From Aciduliprofundum boonei T469 (GTDB lineage Archaea > Thermoplasmatota > Thermoplasmata > Thermoplasmatales > Aciduliprofundaceae): a stretch of 32,000 nt of DNA. Both the position numbers and the translations under genes were made by a program. Position 1 is the stretch's first letter. Every line of letters begins with the position of its first letter. Of this stretch, positions 11,665 to 19,146 are shown in pieces. The stretch spans positions 780,001-812,000 of the forward strand of contig NC_013926.1 of NCBI RefSeq assembly GCF_000025665.1. The letters are read 5' to 3'. The notes below the pieces were generated by a model, which saw only the letters and a list, made by a program, of their open reading frames with translations, did not search any database and was not told the DNA's origin.

Positions 11665-12108
11665 TCACCAGCCGCCACGACCTCGTCCCATGTCTCTTCC
11701 CATTCCTCGACCTCTGCCTCGTCCCATACCTCTGCCCATACCTGGACCACCAACAGGTTGAGCAGGTGCGAGGTTACCTTGGAGATACATATTTACCGCA
11801 TCCCCAATCTTTACTGGTGGGGAGGTATACATTTCCACACCTCCCATAGATAGAACTTGAGCAGAGTTTGGACCGATTGCCCCAGCAATCAGAACTTTGC
11901 AACCTTCATTGACCACCGTCTGGCCAGCCTGCATTCCAGCACCACTTGCTGCCGCTGCACCGGGATTTGGTATGACATAAACATTTTTTATTGAATTCCC
12001 TTCTGTTTCAACCACTGTAAATGCAGGACATCTTCCAAACTGCATACTTACCGTATCTTCAAGCCCACCATTTGAATCTGATGCTACACATATTTTCATT
12101 CGGCTCAC
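11665..12108 (-). CDS. NifX/NifB-C-terminal-like (dinitrogenase FeMo-cofactor family, COG1433-like) protein with RG-repeat tail
   Basis: KICVASDSNGGLEDTVSMQFGRCPAFTVVE...IAGAIGPNSAQVLSMGGVEMY matches the PF02579-type pattern. The C-terminus is GGPGMGRGMGRGRGRGMGRDMGRGRGGW. AGGTGA lies upstream of the ATG. Confidence 0.8.
   Translation of the reverse strand: MSRMKICVASDSNGGLEDTVSMQFGRCPAFTVVETEGNSIKNVYVIPNPGAAAASGAGMQAGQTVVNEGCKVLIAGAIGPNSAQVLSMGGVEMYTSPPVKIGDAVNMYLQGNLAPAQPVGGPGMGRGMGRGRGRGMGRDMGRGRGGW
11668..11751 (-). repeat. Low-complexity GMGRG/RGRG coding repeat (28 codons)
   Basis: Quasi-repeats of cctcgtcccat / cctctgcccat are visible on the plus strand. They encode (G-M-G-R-G)n. Confidence 0.8.
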
Positions 12109-12200
12109 CTAAATGGTGATATGTGCAGGGTTTATAAATCTTATTGGATATTTTTGTATATTCTGAAAAATTTAAATACTCTTTTCCTTTCCTCCTCATA

Positions 12201-12785
12201 ATGAGAAAATTGATAATCGCATTGGTCATGGTATTTCTACTTATCGTATCCTCTGCAACCGTTATTGGAGCACCCAACAAGAAGACTAGTAATAAAAATA
12301 AGTTCCCCACTATAACTGTGATATTTTCTGATGGAAAGGTTGCCGATATAACGGGTAAAATGTGGGCCACTACTATTATTCCCTATGTTGAAGGGAGAAT
12401 AAAGGATTATAAATGGGAGCAAAATCCGGATATTGCACAGTATATATTCTTCGATAAAGCTTTAAAAGGGCTGAATCCCTATGGCCTTGATTTCATAAAG
12501 GCTTTAGAAGAATCAACCTATGAGCAGTTCCAGCATAATATATTTATTCCCCTTTCTAATGCATTGAACAAAACGGCAAATTTGGACTCAGACCATGATG
12601 GCTATACGAATATTGAAGAGCTTAATAATGGAACCTTGCCCGGATTTGCAGATAGCCATCCCGGTATGAATAAGAAAACATTTTGGGGACAGTATGGTGG
12701 ATATATAATAATAGGGGTTTTGATACTCTCTATTTTTGTCCTCTACTTTGTTTTCAATAAGGAAAGTGAGAAGGAGAAACTTTAA
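12201..12785 (+). CDS. Secreted, C-terminally anchored protein (hypothetical)
   Basis: Start at ATG 12201 gives the signal-like MRKLIIALVMVFLLIVSSATVIGAP. Contains an acidic DSDHDGYTNIEE (DxDxDG-type, calcium-binding-like) motif, then LPGF. C-terminal TM YIIIGVLILSIFVLYFVF followed by NKESEKEKL. Confidence 0.6.
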   Translation: MRKLIIALVMVFLLIVSSATVIGAPNKKTSNKNKFPTITVIFSDGKVADITGKMWATTIIPYVEGRIKDYKWEQNPDIAQYIFFDKALKGLNPYGLDFIKALEESTYEQFQHNIFIPLSNALNKTANLDSDHDGYTNIEELNNGTLPGFADSHPGMNKKTFWGQYGGYIIIGVLILSIFVLYFVFNKESEKEKL

Positions 12786-14131
12786 AAATAAACCCATCTC
12801 CTTTCAATTCTTTTGAAGTTGTAAAATGTTAAAAGGAGCATAAAAGATGCTGTTATTGCAACAGTTATTATTGAATAAATTGATATTTCAAAGGTTCCTA
12901 TTACAAGAATCATTCCAGGTATTATGCTGTACATACTGAATTTTAGCACGATCCCTGGATTGAAGAGCAGGCTCGTTATTTTTGGACCTGCTATGTATGC
13001 TGTTATGGATAAAAGGTATATGCTGTTTAAGTAAAATAATCCCAAACTGGCAGGAAGCAACTCTAAAGAATTTATGCTAAATCCTATAATTATTGGAATT
13101 GAAATTATGGATATTATGATTAGATAAGCTCCAATATGGGTTTTAATCACATTTGAGGCCTTTAATGGTAGGCATTCATAGTATCCAAAATCCTCAAGGA
13201 TGGTGAGCCAGCTGTATATGACTGCAGAGAATATAGAGAGCATAACTGCCATACTCATTGGATTGTAAACATTCTTGCCCATGCTCAGATTTATTATTTT
13301 CACAAAAATCAAGAGCAATAGCATGGGAAGAAAATATGTGAATAGGGATTTTACAATAATGCCTCCTCGGATAACATCTTCCATCTCCTTTGCCAGTTTT
13401 ATGTCCTTGAATATTCTTTCGTACTTTTTGAGGGCCATGCCTTTTTTTCTTGAAACATCCTTTAGTTCATTCGGGGTTAAGATATATGCAGATAAGGAGA
13501 ACAAAGTAGTAAAGATAAGAGAGATTAAGAGCCAATACAAGTTCTTATTGATTTGGAACAAAGCCGGGGGAAAAGGGGAGATGGAGAGCATTACGAGAAT
13601 TAGGTAAATCAGCAGGGATGAAAGAAGGAGGTAGTATAATGCTCTTCTTCTGTACCAAAGAGAGAATGAAAGATAACCGAGGGAATACCCGAGAAACATT
13701 GAGATAAAAATTGTTATGGAGAAAATGGAAATTTGATAAATGTTCAATCCTGAAAATGGTAGAGAAATTAACAATCCGATTATTGTTGGGAGGAGGAATA
13801 GGAGAGTGTAATAAATAACATCTCTCAGAAATAAGTAAAAATAGTTCTTCTTCTGTGATATCGGTAGATAAGATGTTATAGTTGTTATGGATGCCCTCTC
13901 TTTACTCCTTCCTAGGAATTCAAAGGAGCTCACTCCGAATCCATATATAAATGTGCTTACCGTGTTTATTATTATAAATTGCTTGTATGGGAAAATTGTA
14001 AAGATCTCACTAAGAAATGATGCACCAACAGCTACAAAGAATATTATGTACAATGGGAAAATTATAAGAGAGTACTTTTTTGCGATGGAAGCGTGTCTTC
14101 TGTACTCTTCAATTAGATAATATTTAATCAT
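12782..14131 (-). CDS. Polytopic membrane protein, putative permease partner of the adjacent ABC ATPase
   Basis: 449 aa, about 10 or more hydrophobic spans. 8-nt overlap with the upstream ATPase gene. No family recognised by eye. Confidence 0.55.
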   Translation of the reverse strand: MIKYYLIEEYRRHASIAKKYSLIIFPLYIIFFVAVGASFLSEIFTIFPYKQFIIINTVSTFIYGFGVSSFEFLGRSKERASITTITSYLPISQKKNYFYLFLRDVIYYTLLFLLPTIIGLLISLPFSGLNIYQISIFSITIFISMFLGYSLGYLSFSLWYRRRALYYLLLSSLLIYLILVMLSISPFPPALFQINKNLYWLLISLIFTTLFSLSAYILTPNELKDVSRKKGMALKKYERIFKDIKLAKEMEDVIRGGIIVKSLFTYFLPMLLLLIFVKIINLSMGKNVYNPMSMAVMLSIFSAVIYSWLTILEDFGYYECLPLKASNVIKTHIGAYLIIISIISIPIIIGFSINSLELLPASLGLFYLNSIYLLSITAYIAGPKITSLLFNPGIVLKFSMYSIIPGMILVIGTFEISIYSIITVAITASFMLLLTFYNFKRIERRWVYF

Positions 14132-14804
14132 TTTCGAATTCCCTCAGAAATATATCCTCCAAGTTTTCAAGCTCATCTACGATTTTAATTATCTTTCCAT
14201 TTTTTATTATTCCTACCCTTGTGCAAATCTTCTTTGCAAGTTCAATTATGTGGGTAGCCATAAATATGGTGTTTCCTTTTTTTGCATAAGAAATTATGTA
14301 ATCCCTAATCTTCTTCTGGTAAATTGGGTCAAGATTTATGAAGGGCTCATCTAAAAAGAGCAGTATTGGCTTATGAATAAATGCTGTAGCAATCATCAAT
14401 CTCTGCTTCGTTCCCTTAGATAAGTCCTTGCATACATTCTTTCTATAATTTTTTAACTCAAAATCTTCTATCATTCTATCCACAGCAGAATTATCCAATT
14501 TTCTTATTTTTGCTACAAAGTAAAGGTATTCCTCCACGGTGAGGTAATTTGGAACACTTTCGTTCTCTGGTACTATCCCAACGAGTTCTCTAACCTTTAT
14601 TGGTTCTTTTAGGGGATCTACCCCTGCTACTCTGATTCTCCCTTTCGCAGGAGTTTGACCTGTTAGTACTTTTATAAGCGTGGTTTTTCCGGCGCCATTT
14701 GGACCCAGTAATCCAAAAACCTCTCCTTTTTTCACCTCTAAATTTAAATCCTTGAGAACATGCTTGTTTTCGTACCACTTGTTTAGAGAATGTACTGAAA
14801 TCAT
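14124..14804 (-). CDS. ABC transporter ATP-binding protein
   Basis: Walker A GPNGAGKTT, signature LSKGTKQRL, Walker B LLFLDEPFINLD, H-loop ATH. Confidence 0.9.
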   Translation of the reverse strand: MISVHSLNKWYENKHVLKDLNLEVKKGEVFGLLGPNGAGKTTLIKVLTGQTPAKGRIRVAGVDPLKEPIKVRELVGIVPENESVPNYLTVEEYLYFVAKIRKLDNSAVDRMIEDFELKNYRKNVCKDLSKGTKQRLMIATAFIHKPILLFLDEPFINLDPIYQKKIRDYIISYAKKGNTIFMATHIIELAKKICTRVGIIKNGKIIKIVDELENLEDIFLREFEND

Positions 14805-15553
14805 ATTGGAACCCTTCTACCCGAACTATCTCTCTTATACTTTCCCAAATCTTTCATCTCTGCAAGCTCTTTATTCGAAAACACAGGTCCATCAACGCAT
14901 ACCCTGTATCCATTTATACTGCAAGAATCGCAGATTCCTATACCGCATTTCATCAATCTCTCTAAGGATGCCTGTACCTTTATCCCTTTTTCAATTGCCA
15001 TATCTATTATTTTTTTCATCATAATCTCGGGGCCACAGGTATAAATGATTGAGTAATCTCTCCTATCCATCACTTCTTTTGCAAGCTCCGTTGCAAACCC
15101 TTTGAACCCAGCAGAACCATCATCTGTTGCTATATACACATTTCTATCCTTGAATCTGTCCAGAAATAAAAGCTCCTCCTTTGTTCGAGCGGCTATTATT
15201 ATATCTCCCTTAACTCTCTCAATTAATGGAGCAAGAGTTGCCATACCACTGCCACCACCAATTATCAAAGCATAGCCATCCTCGATTTTGAACCCTCTTC
15301 CATAGGGGCCTCGTATCCATAGTTTGTCCCCCTCTTTCAATTTATGCATTGCACTCGTTCCTTTTCCTATTTTTTTGACTGTAAATGCTTTCTCATCGCC
15401 TATGTAAGAGATGCTCATCGGGAACTCGTCCACTCCGGGAAGCCAGATCATGTAGAATTGTCCCGGCTCTGGCTCGCTATTATCCTTGAAGAAAAATGTC
15501 TTAATTGTTGGTGTCTCCTCTTTTATTTTTTCTATTTTTACAGCCCTATACAT
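14801..15553 (-). CDS. pyrK: Dihydroorotate dehydrogenase (class 1B) electron-transfer subunit
   Basis: Flavin reductase-like fold pattern (GQFYMIWLPG, IIGGGSGMA). C-terminal 2Fe-2S motif MKCGIGICDSCSINGYRVCVDGPVF. Shares one nucleotide (TAATG) with pyrD. Confidence 0.85.
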   Translation of the reverse strand: MYRAVKIEKIKEETPTIKTFFFKDNSEPEPGQFYMIWLPGVDEFPMSISYIGDEKAFTVKKIGKGTSAMHKLKEGDKLWIRGPYGRGFKIEDGYALIIGGGSGMATLAPLIERVKGDIIIAARTKEELLFLDRFKDRNVYIATDDGSAGFKGFATELAKEVMDRRDYSIIYTCGPEIMMKKIIDMAIEKGIKVQASLERLMKCGIGICDSCSINGYRVCVDGPVFSNKELAEMKDLGKYKRDSSGRRVPI

Positions 15554-16452
15554 TATCTCACCTGCGCTATTCCTACAATATCTGAGATTTTAGAATACCC
15601 ATTTTCATTCATCCACTCTTCTATCTCCTTTGCAATTTCTTTAAATACTTCTATCCCTCGAGTGTATAAGGCAGTGCCTATCTCCACAGCAGAAGCACCT
15701 GCCATTATGTACTCTATTGCATCCCTACCATTTTCAATACCGCCTACACCGATTATCGGTTTCTCTATCTCCCTATAAACTTCATATACAGCTCTCACTC
15801 CAATGGGCTTAATTGCCTTCCCGGATAATCCACCGAACACATTTTTTAGAACGGGTCTCTTTGCATCAATATCAATGGCCATAGCCTTTAGAGTATTAAT
15901 TAACACGAAAGCATCCGCATTCTCAGCTGCCTTTGCAATTTCCACAATATTGTTCGTATTGGGAGTTAATTTTGCCCAGACTGGGATTTTTACTGCTCTC
16001 TTCACAGAATTAATAATTTCTTCTACAAGTTCCAAATCTGTTCCGACCTCCATGCCATAACCCTTAGCATGGGGACAGGATAAATTTAATTCAACGGCAT
16101 CTGCACCATAATCTTCCATCTTTTTGGCAAGGTACGAGAATTCTTCAGGATTGGAGCCGAATATACTTCCTATTATTGGCACTCCTCCTTCTTTTGCGAT
16201 TTTTATCTCATCTTTATAATTTTCAATTCCTGGATTTGGAAGGCCCATGGCGTTGAGAAGTCCACAGGGGAGTTCATAGACAACAGGATTTTCATATCCC
16301 TCTCTGGGCTCTTTGCCTATGGATTTTGTAACTATACCTCCAGCACCATTCTTTGCAATTCTCAGCATGGTCTCTCCTGATTCGTCCAGTATACCAGATG
16401 CAAGAATAAGTGGATTTTTAAGGTGCAATTTGCCAATATCTACATCGAGCAT
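15553..16452 (-). CDS. pyrD: Dihydroorotate dehydrogenase catalytic subunit (class 1B)
   Basis: KNPLILASG, GAGGIVTKS, NAMGLPNPG, ELNLSCPH, KLTPN, GGLSG, GVGGI. Confidence 0.9.
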   Translation of the reverse strand: MLDVDIGKLHLKNPLILASGILDESGETMLRIAKNGAGGIVTKSIGKEPREGYENPVVYELPCGLLNAMGLPNPGIENYKDEIKIAKEGGVPIIGSIFGSNPEEFSYLAKKMEDYGADAVELNLSCPHAKGYGMEVGTDLELVEEIINSVKRAVKIPVWAKLTPNTNNIVEIAKAAENADAFVLINTLKAMAIDIDAKRPVLKNVFGGLSGKAIKPIGVRAVYEVYREIEKPIIGVGGIENGRDAIEYIMAGASAVEIGTALYTRGIEVFKEIAKEIEEWMNENGYSKISDIVGIAQVR

Positions 16453-16481
16453 ATTAAGATTAAGGAGAAATGCATATTAAA

Positions 16482-16955
16482 TCATTTCGTGAGCATAATT
16501 ACGGCATCTTCGAGGGCCTTATTGGCTATTTTGTCTTTTATTTCCATTCTTTTTCCTTTGAATACATATTTTCTCACTTCTATGTTCTCTCCTATCTTTA
16601 CACCTATATAAACTAGCCCAACGGGCTTATCTTTTGAACCACCGGAAGGCCCGGCTATGCCTGTAGTTGCTATTGCCACATCCGCTTTGAATAAATTGCT
16701 CACTCCAATTGCCATCTCCCTTGCGCATTCTTCGCTCACCGCACCGAAATTCTCCAGTGTCTCTTTTTTAACACCCAATATATCCATTTTTATCTCATTA
16801 CTATATGCTACAATCCCACCTAAAAAATAAGAGGATGCTCCGGGTACATCAGTTATCTTGCTTCCAACCAATCCCCCTGTGCAAGACTCGGCAACAGCTA
16901 TTTTTAATCCTCCCTTTTTCAAAATTTTTCCTATTTTCTCTTCACTCTTCATCAC
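16482..16955 (-). CDS. pncC: CinA C-terminal domain protein / NMN amidohydrolase
   Basis: KIAVAESCTGGLVGSKITDVPGASSYFLGGIVAYSNEIK ... TGIAGPSGG ... PVGLVYIG. Confidence 0.85.
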   Translation of the reverse strand: MMKSEEKIGKILKKGGLKIAVAESCTGGLVGSKITDVPGASSYFLGGIVAYSNEIKMDILGVKKETLENFGAVSEECAREMAIGVSNLFKADVAIATTGIAGPSGGSKDKPVGLVYIGVKIGENIEVRKYVFKGKRMEIKDKIANKALEDAVIMLTK

Positions 16956-17454
16956 TCTCAGCCAACTCCCTCAAACGAGAAATTCCATCGATTTCTTTTA
17001 TTGTTCTTGCAACCATCTCAGGCACGAATTGCTCCCATGGCTCTCCGTGTATAATCCTCCTTCTTATCTCCCTGCCAGAATACTTCTTTCTATCGTAGAA
17101 TGGAGGAGTTTCAATCTTGTATCCTCTCTCTTCAAACAATCTCTTTATTAGGGGATTATTTGCAAAAACAACATCAAATGGTGGGGCTATGCTCTCCACA
17201 TGTGCGACCCAGATTGAATTGCGATGCAGGTCCTCTATGGGCACTAGGTAATAATTGTGAATTCCCTCAGCCTCCAAGCTTCTTGAAATCATTAGATGCC
17301 TCTCACCTGCTGTGAATGGATTATCGAGCGTGTGAGAATACTGGGCACTTCCTATGCCCACAATTACATCTTCGTACTTTGAAACTATGTATTTTATCAC
17401 TTCCAGATGTCCTTTATGAAATGGCTGAAATCTGCCTATTATTAAAGCACGCAT
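16942..17454 (-). CDS. nadM: Nicotinamide-nucleotide adenylyltransferase, archaeal type
   Basis: MRALIIGRFQPFHKGHLEVIKYI, NPFTAGER, SGREIRRRI. 14-nt overlap with pncC. Confidence 0.9.
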   Translation of the reverse strand: MRALIIGRFQPFHKGHLEVIKYIVSKYEDVIVGIGSAQYSHTLDNPFTAGERHLMISRSLEAEGIHNYYLVPIEDLHRNSIWVAHVESIAPPFDVVFANNPLIKRLFEERGYKIETPPFYDRKKYSGREIRRRIIHGEPWEQFVPEMVARTIKEIDGISRLRELAESDEE

Positions 17455-17819
17455 ATTTGTAAATCTCTTTATATGAAATAAACTTTTTCAAGAAGGGGTA
17501 CCAAGCAGCGCCCTGTATACCAGGGCTAGCTCACAATTTATAAAATTGCTTCATTTTTTATTTCTAAACTTTCTCTTTGAAATTTTCTATGGTTGAAAAT
17601 GTAAGATGCTTCTTTGTCTCATATAACTAATTCAAAAGTTCTTTGGGGGTAAATGAGCATCGTGAGATACGAACACGCTCTGCGTAGCAGGGCAGTGGCA
17701 CCTTTCTTTGTAAGAAAGTGGCTCTAAGAACCTACAGTGGGTTCTTATCAACTCCAGCAACCCAATAATAAGTTTCTTTCCGGATGAAACCGCTTTCTTT
17801 TTTAAAGAAAGGGGTTCAG

Positions 17820-17943
17820 TGGGGCCGACCGGATTTGAACCGGCGACCTCCCGGTATCTGAAAGCCCCCTTTTACGGGTAAAGCCGCTTTTTTAAAGGGG
17901 CTTCTATCAGCCGGGTGCTCCAACCATGCTAAGCTACGGCCCC
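17820..17943 (-). tRNA. tRNA-Ile (anticodon GAU) with a 49-nt intron at canonical position 37/38
   Basis: Hand-folded minus strand. Acceptor GGGGCCG/CGGCCCC, D-arm GCTT-AGCATGGTTG-GAGC, anticodon stem CCCGG/CCGGG, loop CU-GAU-A|intron|A, variable AGGTC, T-arm GCCGG-TTCAAAT-CCGGT, discriminator A. Mature length 75 nt; CCA not encoded. Confidence 0.85.
17856..17904 (-). other. tRNA intron with canonical hBHBh' splice motif
   Basis: Nt 32-35 CUGA pair with intronic UCAG. The 3-nt bulges are U36-A37-G(i1) and A-U(intron)-A38. The flanking intron helix AAGCCCC/GGGGCUU abuts the central 4-bp helix. Confidence 0.75.
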
Positions 17944-17966
17944 GTGCGGAGTGTATTATATTTCCC

Positions 17967-17975
17967 TATTTAAAA
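17967..17975 (-). promoter_or_regulatory. TATA box (TTTTAAATA) for the tRNA gene
   Basis: Lies 24-32 nt upstream of the tRNA 5' end on the minus strand, preceded by an A-rich BRE-like stretch. Confidence 0.45.
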
Positions 17976-17984
17976 CTTTTTTGC

Positions 17985-19061
17985 TTAGAATGATGCACCG
18001 AAGAATATGTTTATTACATAACCGAATAGGTATGAAAGAGTCGCAGCTCCCAAACCAAGCACTACCATCTCTGCAACTTTTCTTTTTATGGATATGCCTG
18101 ACATGACAGAAATTATTGCTGAAACTATCGCTAGAGCCAATCCTGCTAAGAAAACTGAGAAAGGAAGAGCAATGTAAGATGTAGGTGCGAAGAAATATGG
18201 AATAACAGGGAAAAACACACCGAGGATATAAGCTAAACCTGTATAAAGGGCAGCCCTGCCCTCATCTATATCCTCCTTCGGGATTATGTTTTCAGGTTTA
18301 CCCTTTTTCACTATGTAATCTGCAGCAGTATCGGAAACCTCACCTGCTAATCCCATTTCCTCTAATTTCTCTTTCACTTCCTTTTTTGCCCTTTCTTGGG
18401 ATAGGGAGAACACGATGCTTAACCTATTCCTTGTTCCTTCATTGACTTGTCTTTGAGAGCGAACTGATACATAGGTACCGATACCCATGGATAGGGCTCC
18501 AGCAACGCCCACAATCAATCCACTAAGCCCAACAATCATAGGATTGTTCACATATACTGCGGATAATCCTGTGACTGCACCTAAGAGCTCTACAAGACCA
18601 TCATTCATTCCCAATACAAGGTCTCTGATGTTTTCGGCATGAAGCAATTTTTTCTCATTTTCAAAGATTTTTTCATGCTCTAACTCGTCGAGTATTATAT
18701 TCCCTAATTCTCTTTTTTCCTCCTCACTGAGATTATAATCTTTGTAAAAATTGTAATAGGTTGATACTGTGGAGGACTCCGTGGCCTCAAATAGGGATAC
18801 CATGTAGACAGAACCTAGGAGCAATTTAAGAATTCTTAATGAAAATTTTTTAAAAGAGCTTAATCTCACATCTTTTACCCTTTCTCCCCTTTTTTCTACA
18901 AAGTTTTTCCAGAATTCGGCATGTCTTTTTTCAATATTGGCTAAACCCAAGAGCTTGGTCTTCAATTCTCTCCTCTTCTCTAAATGTCCAAGATATTCGT
19001 AAATCAATGAATCCCTCATTTCATTTTGGTAGAATTTTTTTGCAATGGCTATAATGTCCAT
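17985..19061 (-). CDS. Ferritin-like N-terminal domain fused to VIT1/CCC1-family iron/manganese transporter
   Basis: N-terminal helical EKRHAEFW ... LDELEHEK (di-iron-like E/H pairs). C-terminal LVLGMNDGLVELLGAVTGLS plus hydrophobic spans typical of VIT1 (PF01988-like). Confidence 0.8.
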   Translation of the reverse strand: MDIIAIAKKFYQNEMRDSLIYEYLGHLEKRRELKTKLLGLANIEKRHAEFWKNFVEKRGERVKDVRLSSFKKFSLRILKLLLGSVYMVSLFEATESSTVSTYYNFYKDYNLSEEEKRELGNIILDELEHEKIFENEKKLLHAENIRDLVLGMNDGLVELLGAVTGLSAVYVNNPMIVGLSGLIVGVAGALSMGIGTYVSVRSQRQVNEGTRNRLSIVFSLSQERAKKEVKEKLEEMGLAGEVSDTAADYIVKKGKPENIIPKEDIDEGRAALYTGLAYILGVFFPVIPYFFAPTSYIALPFSVFLAGLALAIVSAIISVMSGISIKRKVAEMVVLGLGAATLSYLFGYVINIFFGASF

Positions 19062-19146
19062 CGACTCTAAATATGTGTGCGATATTTAAAATTTTAAGTA
19101 CCATAATTTTTATAACATTTGCGGAGATTACAATCTGGTGAAAAAT

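Noticed and set aside
11661-11753. 31-codon W/E-rich N-terminal extension of the track ORF 10800..11753 (MVVQVWAEVWDEAEVEEWEETWDEVVAAGDL)
   Set aside because: It is the alternate reading frame of the RG-repeat tail of the upstream NifX-like gene. The ATPase family starts at MKLTVTGGKGGTGKST (ATG 11660), 4 nt after that gene's stop.
12059-12370. 103-aa minus-strand ORF across the 12109-12200 intergenic region
   Set aside because: It overlaps the NifX-like gene start and runs antisense to the signal peptide of the secreted protein. It has no start context or motif and is likely a spurious AT-rich ORF.
17495-17530. Possible tRNA fragment: minus-strand TAGCCCTGGTATACAGGGCGCTGC resembles an acceptor/D-arm region
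   Set aside because: No anticodon arm, T-arm or matching acceptor 3' strand follows. The stem is 6 bp, too long for a D-stem. I treat it as a simple GC hairpin upstream of the nadM promoter.
17655-17680. K-turn, C/D-box or H/ACA sRNA in the G+C-rich intergenic patch
   Set aside because: The 3-nt bulge is not followed by tandem G-A/A-G pairs on either strand. No RUGAUGA/CUGA box pair or ACA box was found at a suitable distance.
17455-17984. tRNA-targeted integrated element or integrase next to tRNA-Ile
   Set aside because: There is no integrase-like ORF, and I noticed no direct repeat of the tRNA 3' half (ggatttgaaccggcgacc) elsewhere in the window.
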